Shown here: piece by piece, positions 1-15,500 of the stretch | Numbering within the stretch: the first letter of the stretch is position 1 | How the letters are laid out: every line of letters begins with the position of its first letter | Translations under genes and position numbers: made by a program | Assembly (NCBI RefSeq): GCF_963921235.1 | Contig: NC_086108.1 | Span: 83,454,001 to 83,518,000 of the forward strand | Direction of reading: 5' to 3' | From: Mobula hypostoma | Lineage: Eukaryota | Length of the DNA: 64,000 nucleotides | Notes under the pieces: model-generated | The model's input: only the letters and a program-made list of their open reading frames with translations | Databases searched by the model: none | Told to the model about the DNA's origin: nothing

Positions 1-761
1 AAGTACTTAAAATTTCTTGATGAAGAGGCTTTGACATCAGTAGCAAGCATATTTAAAAGAATAAAAGAGCCTTAGGCAATATAAAATCTAATTAGGAGGA
101 AAAAGTGATTTAATTAAACCTGAAAAAACTGTGATATTTTATGAAGCCAGAGAGTTATGGTAGGAAACGAGGGAACTGGATTTTTTTCCTGTTAGTGCTA
201 ATAAAAACAAAGCATCAGAAAATTAGCTTTGGAAGTATCACAAGAATCAAATTTCTTTGCTTATATCAGAAAATGTCTTGAATATTTTGAAGTTCAAAGT
301 TGACATAACAAGAAACAGTTTGATTACTACAACTGAAGAGAATTTTATCAGAGAAATAAACTTCCTGAATTATTGGCATTAAAATTGTATTATTCTAAAG
401 TATAAATTCTTTTACTTATATGAAAGGTGACCAACAGATGTTATAGCTAGATATTGAATTTGGTAATGCATTCTTTGGTTTCATGACTTGCTCAATAGAT
501 AGCATTGTTACCTCCTGTGTACACAAAGTGATAGTGGTTGGTTATGTAATGAACAGACTGCATTACTACATTCAAAGTTGCTTGATTGATTTGTCACTTG
601 TGGAAGAGATTGCCACATTGGCATGGAAGGATGTCAACAGTAAATGGTGTGAAAGCTGGAAGGCCATGTGCCATGCTAACATAATCAAGTACAGCACAAA
701 AACTTACAAGAAGTTGAATCTAGAAAATTAATTCACAAGTTCTTCAGTTATATTTCAGGTA

Positions 762-1456
762 CGGGTCGAGTACCCCTTATCCAAAATCCAAAAACCTCCG
801 AAATCAATTTTTGAGTGCTGACATGACGTCACATGTGGAAAATTCCACGTCGCTGGGAAGGTTCCCAGGCAGCGTGCAGGTCTCTGTCTGTCTGTGTACC
901 TACAGACAGCTCTGAGAAGTGACCTCACATGTGTAATAAGGGAAATTAATGAAAATAGAAAAATACTGCATAAAGAAGAAAATAGGAGATCACGATCGTG
1001 CATTGAAAACGTGGATTCATCCACGTCATTGTAAACATATGTCACTTAACGGTATGCTGATCATGAAACAAGCAAAGATCTATCATGATGAATTGAAAAT
1101 TGAAGGTAATTGCAAATATTCAACAGCCTGGATGCAGAAATTTAAAAAAAGGCACAAACCTTAAATTTTTAAAGATTGGTGGTGATAAAGCATCTGCTGA
1201 TCATGAAGCTGCAGAGAAATTCAATGACAAGTTTGCCAAGATTGTCACTGATGAAAATCTAAATGGCTGAACGGCTGCATCAGTACATATGGTGTGATGA
1301 AAAAGTGCAAGACAAAGACTGCTTACCAGTAGCACATAAATTCCGTCAGGAATGATTCGATCCCAAATGATCTCATATACATTCCAAAATCCAAAAAAAT
1401 CCATAATCTGAAACACTTCCGCCCCCAAGCATTTCAGATAAGGGGTGCTCAACCTG
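762..1456 (+). mobile_element. Internally deleted Tigger/pogo-type DNA transposon
   Basis: TIRs cgggtcgagtaccccttatc / gataaggggtgctcaacctg, each flanked by TA. CENP-B-like HTH remnant (LNGMLIMKQAKIYHDEL...YSTAWMQKFKKRH). Confidence 0.85.
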
Positions 1457-3008
1457 TATTACAGAATTTCACACTGAGGTCTGCTGCCATTTTTTATGTC
1501 AACATTTAATTTATTGAAAATTATAATGTTAAGATACTTAAAACTGCTTTCTAGTTGGTTAATTATGGTGTGGTAGTTAGCTCCTGCATAATTTATAAAC
1601 AATCATTTTGGATCATTTAGAACCTTACAAAATATTTAAGTTTCTTTAGCTTCAGTGCCAGTGCATAGCAACAAGGGTCAGATATTGATACAGATCAACT
1701 CATTTTTTGACTTCCATGTCTGTGCATTTCAGAGCAGAAGTTCGAAACAAGCTGCATGTTAGACACTGTCACACTTCATTAAGCTTCATAGTCCACACAT
1801 GCAATCCACAATGAACTGTGCATATTTTAAAGCTGTTGTCAAATCTCAAAACTAATAAGGAAGGTTGCCCACATTTTGACAAAATGCATTTATTAGATGT
1901 CATAACAGGATATCATTTTTATTACAGCCAGCCTCCCTTTAGAAAGTAACCTGCGTCACATAAGCACTTATCTAATCTGCATCAAATTTTAAAATTAGGA
2001 AAACTGAAATTAAAACAGAAAATGCTGGAAACAGCAGGTTAAACCTACTACACTGTTCAACCCGTTGAACGAATGCAGCGTTTTCTGGATTTTCAGCATC
2101 TGTAGCCATTTTTTATTTTCAATGAAGGGAAAAAAAAATGAAACCACTGAATAGACTCCCAAGGACAATTCTGTGGTCACCAATTCTAGCATCCAATTAA
2201 CCATAAGTGACTGAACAAGGCTGCAGACTCAGTGTCACAGAAATTCTGAACCACAGACTGAAGCAACATCATGATTATTCATTTCCATCTCTGTAACGTT
2301 ACTGACTCCACTAGTGCTTATCTACATTTTAAAATCTTGAAGTCTCAAATATTTTAATACATTCTTGATCAGCTATACTTTTTGCTTACCCTTTCAAAGC
2401 CCTGATCCAAACTTGCACTAGGACCTATTTAACTAGTCCTCACCTTTGATATTAAAGAAAAAGGGAGAGGCAAGACCAAGGGGGTGGAAGAAAATTTTAA
2501 AATTCAAGTAAGCTTAATCAGAATCAACTCTAGGACAGTAAGCACTAGGGAGATGGTTAAACATGTTCTTGTATGAATTTGGATAAGAGTATTGACATTT
2601 ATAGAGGAGCGAACAAGAATGGCTCGTCAAGTATGCATTCAAATGGTTAAGGCTCGAGGATAGCAAAGAGGTGGGTGAGACACCAGTGGAGTTCTCAATG
2701 TTACAGAGGTGGAAATAGGTTGGTGATGCTGCAGGACCACCTTCTTTAGTATCGTTGATATTGATCACACCACCATAAGGAGGCATGCAATTATCTTCTG
2801 AAATTCTAAACGCTAGGAATTCCTCCCCAAATTTTTCCACCTCTTTTACTTGATTTAAGATCCTTACTTGAACCTCATGCTTGATTAATAAATGCCTCAA
2901 TACCTTCTGATGCCATGATTTGTTTGACAAAGCTCCTGCGCATCACCATCAATAACAAATACAATAAGTTTTCTTTTGTTTCAGCACCATGAAAAAAAAT
3001 CACTTGTA

Positions 3009-3014
3009 TTTATT
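3009..3014 (-). terminator. Candidate ATPAF1 polyadenylation signal AATAAA
   Basis: tttatt on the + strand about 40 nt after the stop codon. Confidence 0.5.
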
Positions 3015-3055
3015 AACAATAAATGTCTCAAGTCTCTTGTGAGAAATATACACCT

Positions 3056-3247
3056 CTACGTCTGCTTGTTCTCCTCTTTCATCAACTGGCCTCCAATTCC
3101 ATGCTGCTCAATCTCAGCAATGACTGACATGTGTTTGAAATCATTGGGTTCATGGTTGAATGTCTCTACCAGATTAAAGGTCCTTTGGCAGTCTGTAGCG
3201 TAGAATAGCTGTGCTTCATTGGCCAGACACTGTGCGTCTTGTACACT
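3056..3247 (-). CDS. ATPAF1: ATPAF1 last coding exon
   Basis: [66 protein letters not shown] at 3058-3056. Confidence 0.95.
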   Translation of the reverse strand, partial: SVQDAQCLANEAQLFYATDCQRTFNLVETFNHEPNDFKHMSVIAEIEQHGIGGQLMKEENKQT

Positions 3248-6200
3248 CTGTAAATCACAACCACAAGGTTGAATAAATTGTATTACAGAAACATCATAAA
3301 CTGGATTTTCTAGTACCTATTTGCTAAATATTACACAAGAATTGCATGAGTATTCTAGGCCCTCTGCTTTCACCTAATTAACAACTTTTCTTTATTCGAG
3401 ACATCAGAACTGGGGATGTTTTTACAAACAAAATCAGTCCCATAATTGTGCGCAGTGAGAGCTAGACAATACTCAAACATGGAATATTACATAGCAGCAA
3501 CGTATGTGGCACAAAGAGAGACGCTGTTTTCCTTACCATTAACACTGACAGGACCACCATTGATCAAAAACTCAACTGGGCCAACTGTGCAAGGGCAAGT
3601 CAGATGCTGGGGTTCTTGAGTGCACGACTTACCTCCTAACAAATGCATAGCTTTTTACCATCTACAAGGTACAAGTCAATATGGTTCTACCTCGCAGCTC
3701 CAAGAACTGGTTTTGATTCTGACCTTGGGTTCTGGCTGAGTGGAAATTACACCACCTCCCCATGACTGTACGAGTTTTCCCCGGCTGCTTTGGTTTCCTC
3801 CAAAGTTCCAAAGATGAGCTGGTAGGTTAACTGGCCACAGTAAGTTACCTGTTAGTACAGGTAAGTGGCAAGAGACTCAACGGGAGTTCATGGAGCTGGC
3901 ATGGACTAGTTAGCCTGATGGTCATCTTCAGTGTCAAAGTCAGTCAGTCAGGAGTATGGTGGAATGCTCTACTTCCCGGATGAATACAGATCTAACAAGC
4001 GTCAGGAAGTTCACCACAGTCCAGGACAAAGGACACCATTGTTTACTCTCTATTTCCAATCTGCACAGATCATTCCAGAACAAGGGTTCCCAACTTTTTA
4101 TGCCATGGAGCCTTACCATTAATCAAAGGGTCCGTGAACTCCAGGTTAGGAAGCACTGTTCTAGAATGTTTGGACTTTCGGAAGATGTATCCATTATCTC
4201 CATTGTTACCGCCTTCAAACTCTGAGGATGCATGTCATCAGGTCCTGGGGATTTATTATCTTACAGTCCCATTAATTTCTCCACTACTATATTTTTCCAT
4301 TGATGATAACTTAATCATGAAGTTATAGATTTTATTCACTCTAGACCTCCATTTCCCTACTATTTCCAGAAGGTTTTCTGTGTCCACTGTTATGAAAATG
4401 CAAAAGACCTAATTAATTTCTCTGAATTTCCTTATTTCCCAATATAACTTCTATGGCCTTAATCTGTAATTGACCTACTAACTTTTGCTGATTTCTGTTT
4501 TAAAATTCAATGGAAGCTCTTAATCTGTTTTTATTTTTCTCACTAAACCAATATTTAATTCTACTTTCCCTTTCTTATCAACATCTTAACAATCTATTTC
4601 CGAATTTCTTAAACTTTAATCTTCGATTTAATATATCTTCCCCTGATAGTCAAGGCTGGATCACTTTCCCTTGTCAATGTCTTCAAAGAGATATAATGTT
4701 CATCATCATCATCAGGTTCCATGCCCAGATTGAGCTTTGACTGCCATGGCCCACACAATCCCGTTTCAGGTCAAGTGGATCAATTCATTTCCAATTCTCT
4801 GGCTGCTGCCTCCATCATCATTTGTCTTTGCCTTCCTCTTGCTTTCTTCTTTTCAATCTTTCCCATAATTACTGTGCATTTCTAACTCCTCTTTCCTAAT
4901 CACATGTCTAATGAAGTCACATTGCCTTTTCATGATCTCATACATTATTTCGTTTTGTACTTGCTCTGTTCGTGACATCCTCGTTAGATATTCATTTCAT
5001 CCATGATATTCTTTGCATCCTCCTCAAAAACCACATCTCTGTTGCTTCAATTAGTCTCCTCATGTTACTAGATATTGTCCAACATTCTGATCCATATAAC
5101 AACTGGATAAATGTAACATTTCAGTACTCTGAGGCGGGTTGTCATGCCTAGTTTAGTGCTGGTCAGTATACTCTTCATTCTCGTAAAGATGTCTTTTGCC
5201 ATCTCTATTCTTCTTTTGATGTCCATGTCGCACTTGCCATCTGATGTCACCCAGCTTCCTAAGTAGAAAAAGTTCTGTACTTGTTTTATGTCTTCCCCGT
5301 TTATTTTCAGCCTGCAGATAGGATTCTCCTTCTTTTTGGATATCACCATACATTCTGTCTTTTTGTGATTGATAGATAGACCGACCCATTTTTGCACTTT
5401 CCTCAACAACCACATCAATTAAGTATTTTAAATTCAGAATTGTCTTGAAGATCCTCTTGACGCTGTTGTTGTGCAATACATTTTGTGAGTTTGACCATGA
5501 TTTTCTTAGCAAATAGATTCTAGGAAACCTAGTATCTATAGTCATAGTCATACTTTATTGATCCCAGGGGAAACTGGTTTTCGTTACAGTTGCACCATAA
5601 ATAATTAAATAGTAATTAAACCATAAATAATTAAATAGTAATATGTAAATTATACCAGGAAATAAGTCCAGGATCAGCCTATTGGCTCAGCGTATCTGAC
5701 CCCCAAGGGAGGAGTTGTAAAGTTTGATGGCCACAGGCAGGAATGACTTCCTATGACGCTCAGTGTTGCATCTCGGTGGAATGAGTCTCTGGCTGAATGT
5801 ACTCCTGTGCCCAACCAGTACATTATGTAGTGGATGGGAGACATTGTCCAAGATGGCATGCAACTTGGACAGCATCCTCTTTTCAGACACCACCGTGAAA
5901 GAGTCCAGTTCCATCCCCACAACATCACTGGCCTTACGAATGAGTTTGTTGATTCTGTTGGTGTCTGCTACCCTCAGCCTGCTGCCCCAGCACACAACAG
6001 CAAACATGATCGCACTGGCCACCACAGACTCAGAGAACATCCTCAGCATCGTCCGACAGATGTTAAAGGACCTCAGTCTCCTCAGGAAATAGAGACGGCT
6101 CTGACCCTTCTTGTAGACAGCCTCAGTGTTCTTTGACCAGTCCAGTTTATTGTCAATTCATATCCCCAGGTATTTGTAATCCTCCACCATGTCCATACTG

Positions 6201-9200
6201 ACCCCCTGGATGGAAACAGGGGTCACTGGTGCCTTAGCTCTCCTCAGGTCTACCACCAGCTTCTTAGTCTTTATATCTTAGTCGTAGTATCTAACAACGA
6301 TGGTTTGCTATTGCCTTCTGCTGGGCGAACTGAAGAAATCGCCATTTCTGTTCCCAAATGTTCATCTGCCTATACTATAGCTGTTGTCATTTGAGGTCCG
6401 CCTTTTCTGTCGTAAGTTCAGTTACTGAACCTGTTGGATCTACCGTTGGCCTTCGCTCGTATCCTGAGCAGGAACTCTTGCAGGTGCTACCATTCCGGGT
6501 CAGAGAGGCCCTGGGAGCAATGAATGACTAAGGGGTAACTTCACAAAGCTCTGAAAGTCCCCAATCAGAGCCTCATCACTGGTTGCAGTTTAGAGTCATA
6601 CCCAGGACGAGATATAATGTTAGCGCTGCTTAATTAGGCTTGATTGCCGTAGCTTTTAATGCAGTTTTTTAAACCATCATGCCTTATAATTTGCTTTATT
6701 TAGATTTACGATGGTGGTTTTCATTGAAACAAAATTACTTCATGTATCTAAGAATATTTATACAAGCTACTAAAGCTGAAATCTCTACCCTGGAATGATG
6801 AAGTAACATCCAGAATTTCAAGGTGGCGGCTCACCACCTAGTTCTCAAAGGTAATTCACAATAGACAATAAATCTTGCTTTGCCAATGATGCCCATGTCC
6901 TGAAAAAAATACATTTTTTAATGTTAAGCTCCTAACATTTTTATTTTTCAAACTACACTTTTTCCCCATTTACAATCACCTATTGTTTAGATTTACCAAA
7001 AGAGTATTCTTGTTAACACACTGAATGCTAACTTTAAAAGAATGGCCTATTGCTATTACAAATTAGCATGCTTTGTAACTACAGAAGACATTATTTAGAT
7101 GTCAATAAAATATTTGCTATGATTTTCTCCCTTTCATCTCTAAATTTTGAGTTTACTTTTCACTTCCTCTTTGAAGCCCAGTTTGCACTTCGTCTACACA
7201 ACAAAACTTGTATACTGTACACTCAATCTCAGCTGAATACCTAGTATTTGGAACTACCAAGATGTGGTGAACACACAACAAATATATCGTCCCAGAGATT
7301 ACTCTCATTTGTTCCCCATTTTGGAGAGACTGTCTCTAACAGCTACTTATCTTGGGCAAAGAGAAACAGGGTTGATACTGTGTTGCTATTTCAAAAGCAT
7401 GTGCCAGTGCCATCTATGGGAGATTACTACAAGTACACTTTTATTTAGGATTTCTTTATTCGTTTGGATGCAGATATACCTAGCTGAGTGGAAGTAGGAA
7501 TGCACTTTTTAAATAAAACAACCTGCAGAGTAGCATCAAATAGCTGGTCTTTTATTCCTCTAACACAGCCTTTCCCAACTTCTTTGCCCTGGAGGAACCC
7601 TTGAAATAATCTTCAGGTCTCAGGAAACCCCTGCATAAAAATTATTATATCTACAACTTACGGCACATTCGTATGATCGTTAAATTGTAGATATAATAAT
7701 CCAAAAATAATTGTCAATGCCCTTTTGAGTACAGAATAAATTTTTACCCAACCTTTCTTGGAAAAAATAGGTAGTTCAGCTTAGCTATCTTTCGTGACAT
7801 TAATCTCTTTCTTTCCCTTTCATAAATTTTACAAATTCATAAGGCAAACATAATAAATTTCTGTTAAATAACTGGCTTAAGCCAAAATGGAATTTAGTTT
7901 TTCTAAAGGTAGGCTTGGTAGACTTAATTTAAATAAAAGTTGTAAATTGATTTTAAGTAATGCTATTTACAACATGAAAATTTATTGACAATGTTGAATT
8001 CATAAAGTTACTAAAAACCGTAAGCCAAAGCAATACGAATAAAAATATAACCTAAGACACAATTTTATACAAGAATTTGAGAAAAAACATTTTTGTACTA
8101 AGTGTCATGATCAGGCTCAAATATAGGTCTAGCATGTGAAATCTGTGCTTGTTTTTTGCTGCACAAATACTCAATTCTGGGTTGAACTTGAGATAGCCAC
8201 ACAGGGATTTCACCTTCAAGTGAAATGAGACCATTTCTATCCTTGCTCCTGATGCTTGTTAAACAAGAAAAAGCTTGCTCATACACGTAAGAAGTTGAAC
8301 ACTGCAGCAAAATGTTCATTGCTTTCCTATGAATGGTAGGATACTCTTCTTTCACAGAAATCCAGAACTGGTCCAGGAGCAGGTCAGTAAATCTCATTTT
8401 GAGTGCATGATCAGACTACAACTTATAAAGTTTTTCTTCTTCTCTCAAAGTCACGTTCTCAGGCTGAGCTGAAGATTCAGAGAAACGGTCCCTCAACGAG
8501 TCATACACTTGTGTTGAAAGGGAGGAAAAAATACTGTTCAATTTTGTTCTGCAGTTCTTCCAGGTGGTTTTCAATAAGACTTGAGACTGAGCAGGTGAGT
8601 CATGGCGTGTAAAAATTTCTTTAGAATAAAAATTTCCCTCCAATTTTCTAGAGTTTGTTTGCTCCCATAAGTCAGTTGGCGGCACACAGCTGGGGCAGGT
8701 GATTCAGGAGGGAGAAGCTGACATCACATCCCAAGTTGAACGAGTCCATTCAATGCTCGGAAAATGCACTTCACACTCATCAGCCTACCATCCTTCCCTC
8801 TGTGCAATACAGCACTCATCAATTATCAACGGCCTCCCTTATCTCACGTCAAAAACTGAGAATGGACTCAACTAAATAAACTCTACTGCACACTGCCATA
8901 CTGGGCTGAGGCCTTTAACAAGATTGCTAACAGGCTGCTTGGTAACTGCGCACTACTGCGAGTACTAGTCACAATCTCTCGCAGAAGCACTGGTGGCCTT
9001 TCGTGGAACCCCAGTTGAGAAACCCTGCTCTAACACATCCATATAATATTACAGAAATAGTAATTTACAGTTACGTGGGAGATTATTCGTCCCATCATTT
9101 CTCCCCAACCCCATCCCCCGACAATGGCTAACAAAGAGAAATCTAGATTAATATCTCTTCCCAGCTATCTTTAAAGCCCTGCTGGTGACATCAATTCAAA

Positions 9201-9530
9201 TGCTCATCCAGGTACATTTCAATGCAATGAGAATTTCTGGCACTGCATCCAAGGCTTTGAGTGCCAGATCTTTACTACTCTTCCATTTGAAAAATGTTTC
9301 TACAATTTAATTGTTCCCTTTTCTAAATAGTCTTACATTTATTTCATCACCATGGTGCAGCTAATTGAGCCTCTGCTTCACAGGTTCATTCCCGAGGATG
9401 CTGTGTGGAGGTTGCACATTTTTCCTGTCATTATATGGGTTTCCTCCAGATGTTCAGTTTTCCTCCCATCACAAACACATACAGGTAGGTAAATTAATTG
9501 ACTACTGCAAATTTCCCCTTGTGTGTGGAT

Positions 9531-9586
<56 letters not shown>

Positions 9587-12500
9587 ATCGGGGGGGCAGT
9601 TGTCTGATGAGAAAATAGGGAGAATAGAAAGAATGGGATTAATGTAGGGCTAGCATAAACGGGTGACTGGTGGTCCGCACAGATGTGCAGGCCAAAGGGT
9701 CTGTTTCTATTCTCTATCTGGCTCTAATCCTTAAATTCTATACTGATGAATTCTATTCACATTTTTATACACATTTGGTTGACACCACCTTATATAGTAA
9801 TAGGCATGTCACATCCAGAATTATTTCCAGTTAGTGGGCGATTTCATAGAAAAAAAACATAGAAAATAGGTGCAGGAGTAGGCCATTCGGCCCTTCGAGC
9901 CTGCACCCCCATTTATTATGATCATGGCTGATCATCCAACTCAGAACCCCGCCCCAGCCTTCCCTCCATACCCCCTGACCCCCGTAGCCACAAGGGCCAT
10001 ATCTAACTCCCTCTTAAATATAGCCAATGAACTGGCCTCAACAGTTTCCTGTGGCAGAGAATTCCACAGATTCACCACTCTCTGTGTGAAGAAGTTTTTC
10101 CTAATCTCGGTCCTAAAAGGCTTCCCCTCTATCCTCAAACTGTGGCCCCTCGTTCTGGACTTCCCCAACATTGGGAACAATCTTCCTGCATCTAGCCTGT
10201 CCAATCCCTTTAGGATCTTATACGTTTCCTTCCACGCCGCTCTGACATACTGGGAAATCGTGTACGAGGCAAGTTACAGCAGTGGTTTGCCATTGCCTTC
10301 TGCCAGGTGAGCTTTTTTTTTTTTTAAAAGAGATCACCAGCTCTAACTGGGAGCCGACCGGAATTGAACTTGGGACCTCTCACCCCGAAGTCCAGCGCTG
10401 ATGCCACTATGCCACCAGCCGGCCATTCCTCTAATACATAAATAAAAAAAAACTCCAACATATTATTTCTATACAATTTTATCCTCATCTGTTCCTGACC
10501 CTATAATTTTTAAATCCACTTGCAAAAGGCTATCTAGAAAAGACTCAATTTGCCTTAGCAACCATTATTTTTAGGAAAGATTTAGTCTATTTAATATTAC
10601 ATAATGTCTTACCAGAAAAGTTGTGTCGATTTCTGCGGTAAGAAGAACGATGCCCTTTTCTTTCTGAAGGTCAGGGTAATGATATATTATGAGCTGGCTT
10701 GGTGAATTCTCTCCTAAAGACTGCAAAGCAAAAGTGAAATCATATTAGAGAGAATGAAGAAATTCATTATACCATACACAGAATGCTGGAGGAACTCAGC
10801 AAGTCAGGCAGTACCTATGGAGAGCAATGAACAGATGACATTTCAGGCCAAAGCCCTTCATTGCACTAGAAAGAAAGCCAGAGTAAAATGAATAATCTGT
10901 ACACAGAAAAATTGCATAGATGAACAAACAAAAACATACACTGGTTCCTCAACTAACATTCAGAATAGTCAGCAGTAGGAGGGCCATTATAATGAGCGGT
11001 GTGTTACTGACAACGCTGTTCTACCAGAAACCTGGCTGAGGACTCAGCACTCAATTACTGATTCTGCAATGGTGAAATGATCAAAGAGATCTCATCACTT
11101 TGTAGCTCAAGGTAGAGTGAGCCACTGAGGTAATGTGTAGTGGCAGTCTGTGAGGGCTGGTGCTGGTCATGATGGGACAAGTGGGTGGATGTATTGTGCT
11201 AAGGCAGGGGTTCAGGACTGCATCCCGGCCTTCGTGGTAATTATGGGCCATTGCCAGGACTACTAGCAGCTGCTCCACGTGCTCCACCTTCTCCTGGATG
11301 CAACGGAAGCTGCTGGGGGAGCAAGACAGTGCAGGATTCTCCTGTGGCCATTCCTCTCAGCACTGCTGGGGGAGGAGAGAGAGAGAGAGAGGCGGGAGTG
11401 GTGATTACCTATCAGGGCACAACAGCATCAGGCAGTTCGATGGTACTGTGACGAGTTCTGTGGTTCAGCAGAAAAGGGCAAAGTAAGGCAGAGCAATAGT
11501 AATAGGATGCTTGATAATTAAAGGTACAGATAAGATTCAATGATCATGAAAGACAGCAGGACGGTGTGTTGCCTCCTGGATGCTGAGTTCAAGGATGTCT
11601 CAGAGTGGGTGCAGAACATTCTCAAGGTGGCAGCCAGAGGTCACAGTACACATTGACACCAATGACATAGGTAGAAGGGTAAAGGTGGCCTGTGTAGTAA
11701 CAACAGGAAGTTACGAAATAGGCTCAAAAGCAGGACCTCGAAGGTAGTAATCTCTGGATTGCTCCCGAGTGCAAAGGCAAGATACATGATATAATGCACA
11801 ACAACTAATAGTGGATGTTTAGGTTTACACCTTGCACTTAAAAGTTGATAGTCCTGTTTCAGACATCCTGAAGGTATATAATAGTTCACTCCCAGCTATC
11901 TAATACATTTTATATAAATCCTTCCTACCTCTATCAAACTTTCTTATTGAATTCTAGCCTGAGACTTATTCCCTGAATATACCTATAACCTTTGATTGTA
12001 AACCAGACTGTAACTCATTCAATATATATTGTAACCCCTCAGAATCTCTTAATTAGATCCACGTGAAACTCATTCCTGGTTACTTGTTATCCAATATATA
12101 AAGCTCTATAATCCTTTAATTGGATTTCTGTCCGTTTCTCACTCCTACCTATCCATTATTAGAGCATAGAACAGTATAGCACAGGAATAGGCCCTTCGGA
12201 CCACAATATTGTGCCAGACTAATTAAATTAGTAATCAAATGGCCAACTAAACTAATCTCTTCTGTCTACACAATGTCCACATTCCTCCATTTTCCTCACA
12301 TTCATATGCCTATCTAAATGTCTCTCGAAAGTCCTTATTGTATCTGCCTTTACCATCATTCTTTACCCAAGTGACATAGCTTTCAACAGATTCCATTGTT
12401 TTGAATTATATTGACAGGATCACATCAACACTTCAGCTGTTACACATGGGCAGAAAGTGAGATACTTTACACCAGCAGTAAGATTTTGCTAATACTGCAT

Positions 12501-15500
12501 GAAATACAGAAACATTTGAAAAAAGTATTTCTGGACAGCAAAGTGAACCTACTGTGCCGAAAAAGCCACCTTATTTGTGCATTGGTCAAGAAATGAGACT
12601 TGATTAAAAACAACAATATTTGTTGATTCTTTTGCATTGTGTTTATTTCCTCCTCACAAATTCTGTAAGAACAAATTTTATTCTGTTTCTTGGACACTTA
12701 GACAAGGAGTTGTGAATTCTGTAAGAGGGAATTTCTGTAACCCAAATGGCTGTAACACAGGGTCTGTTTCCCCTCATCAGCTAATGAGAGAAATCAGAGA
12801 AATACAGCAACTATCATGAATCGCCTACCATATCTAATACAAGATTGAAAATTATGAATGTTTGTCATGGATACAACATAAAAATGTTTGAGGGCTTGTG
12901 AATTAGGCACCAATATCTGAACTAACATTACAGAACAAACATAAATAGAGCCTACCAAATATCAACATGTGCACCCAAAATTAAATTAACTCTAACATCA
13001 AATGTTCATTTTTTTTCCTAATCTGCAGAATTTCATAAAATGTCTCAGTTTCAACAATTCTACATTTATATTGCAATTACATTCAACTGATTCTTCACTA
13101 TGCATCTTTACTGGATCACACAAAATATTAGTGCAAAGTCTTTGACATTTAAGCAAATAAATCTGAAAAGTTGGCATTCTATCACCATCATTTATTATCA
13201 TTACTCTTTATGTGATTGACTGACACTCCACAAATTACACTTTCTAGGATCTTAACTTTAAACCAATTGTGCAAAATATGTTAAAAGCAAATTGTGTGCA
13301 TCAGTAACTTCAGAAGAAATAATCAATAAATCACATTTAACATCCAAGTATAATCCATAGAATTTAAGTATAAATCATAGATCATGGTCAGAAATTAGCA
13401 ATTAATTAAGAATCAGAGTAATACAGCACAGAAACTGGTTTTTTAGACCAATTTGTCCATTATAGTGATACAGATTTATGGGAAACTAGCACAAAAGGAA
13501 TGAAGTCTGAGGCAGGTCAATCATGATTATATTGAATGGTCAGGCAGACTTGAGGGGCCAAGTATCATGATCGTATTGTAATATATGGCCTTATCAAAGG
13601 CAAGTTGTGCCTTACCAGCCTGATTGAATTTTTTGAGGATGTGACTAAACACATTGATGAAGGAAGAGCAGTAGATGTAGTGTATATGGATTTCAGCAAG
13701 GCATTTGATAAGGTACCCCATGCAAGGCTTATTGAGAAAGTAAGGAAGCATGGGATGCAAGGGGACCTTGCTTTGTGGATCTAGAATTGGCTTGCCCACA
13801 GAAGGCAAATAGTGGTTGTAGACGGGTCATATTTTGCATGAAGGTTGGTGACCAGTGATGTGCCTCAGGGATCTGTTCTGGGACCCCTTCTCTTCGTGAT
13901 TTTTATAAGTGACCTGATGAGGAAGTGGAGGGATGGGTTAGTAAATTTGCTGATGACATTAAGGTTGGGGGCGTTGTGGATAGTGTGGAGCACTGTCAGA
14001 GGTTACAGTGGGATATCGATAGGATGCAAAACTGGGCTGAGAAGTGGCAGATGGAGTTCAACTCAGATAAGTGTGAGGTGGTTCATTTTGGTAGGTTAAA
14101 TATGATGGCAGAATATAATGTTAATGGTAAGACTCTTGGCAGCGTGGAAGATAAGAAGGATCTTGGGGACTGAGTCCATAGGACACCCAAAGCTACTGCT
14201 CTGAAGAAGGCATACGGTGCATTGGCCTTCATCAACTGTGGAATTGAGTTCAAGAGCCGAGAGGTAACTTACAGCTGTATAGGACCCTAGTAAGACCCCA
14301 CTTGGAGTACTGTGCTCAGTTCTGGTTACCTCGCTACAGGAAGGATGTGGAAACTACAGAAAGGCTGCAGAGGAGATGTACAAGGATGTTGCTGGATTGG
14401 AGAGCATGCCTTATAAGAATAGGATGAATGAACTTGGCCTTTTTTCCTTGGAGTGACAGAGGATGAGAGGTGACCTGATAGAGGTGTATAAGATGATGTG
14501 AGGCATCGATCGTGTGGATAGTCAGAGGCTTTTTCCCAGGGCTGAAATGGTTAACATGAGAGGCACAGTTTTAAGGTGCTTGGAAGTAGGTACAGAGGAG
14601 ATGTCAGGGGTGAGTTTTTTTTACGCGGAGAGTGGTGAGTGTGTGGAATGGGCTGCTGGCGACTTTTAGGAGACTCCTGGACAGGTACATGAAGCTTAGA
14701 AAAATAGAGGGCTATGGGTAACTCGAGGTAATTTCTAAAGTAAGTACATGCTCAGCACAGCGTTGTGGGCCGAAGGGCCTGTATTGTGCTGTAGGTTTTC
14801 TACGTTTCTATAAAATAAAAACAACCAATTCTGAACAAAGTCAGGTCAAGCAGCATTTGTGCAAACAGATTAAATATAGAAACAGTTAATGACACAAGTT
14901 GAAAATGTTTCATCAGAACTGAGAGAGAGAGAGAGAGAGAACAACTTAGTCTAAGTGGCAGAGAAGGTGGGGAAGCGCAACAAGTTACATTAGGGGAATG
15001 CCTGTAATAAGAACAGAAATTGCTGGAAAAACTCTATGGGTCACGTTGGATCTGTGGGAGCGAGTCACCAACCTAAAACTTTGATTCTATTTCTCTTCGT
15101 ACAGATCCTACCTGACCAACTGAGCATTTCCATCATTTTCTGTTTTTATTACAGATTTCCATCTTTTAAAATTCTGTAATATGTTGAAATTAAGTAGCCA
15201 CTAGGGGATACTTCAGCTTTACCCGTGTGGAACTACTACAATTGTGTACTGGTTGAATTTTTACAGCCCAGCCTACTGGGATGTGTTAAGCAGGCTGGGA
15301 TACATAAAAGTGGAAACATAAGTACAAACGTCCAGTTATTTTACAAACAGAAAGAAAGAGCAAGTTATCGGGAGTTGGAGAATTTAATAGATTCCCACAG
15401 GCTGCAACATACCCAAATAAAATACAAAGTATTGTACCTCAAGCTTACACAGGGCCTCACTGTAACAGTTCAGGAGGTCACAGACAGACTTTAGAGTGGG

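Noticed and set aside
2514..2930. 138-aa minus-strand ORF just downstream of ATPAF1
   Set aside because: Starts at TTG, has no recognisable domain, and its N-terminal part resembles decayed CR1 RT sequence; probably a chance ORF.
10340..10424. Possible tRNA gene (A and B boxes)
   Set aside because: No convincing cloverleaf and it continues into a SINE body; treated as a SINE head.
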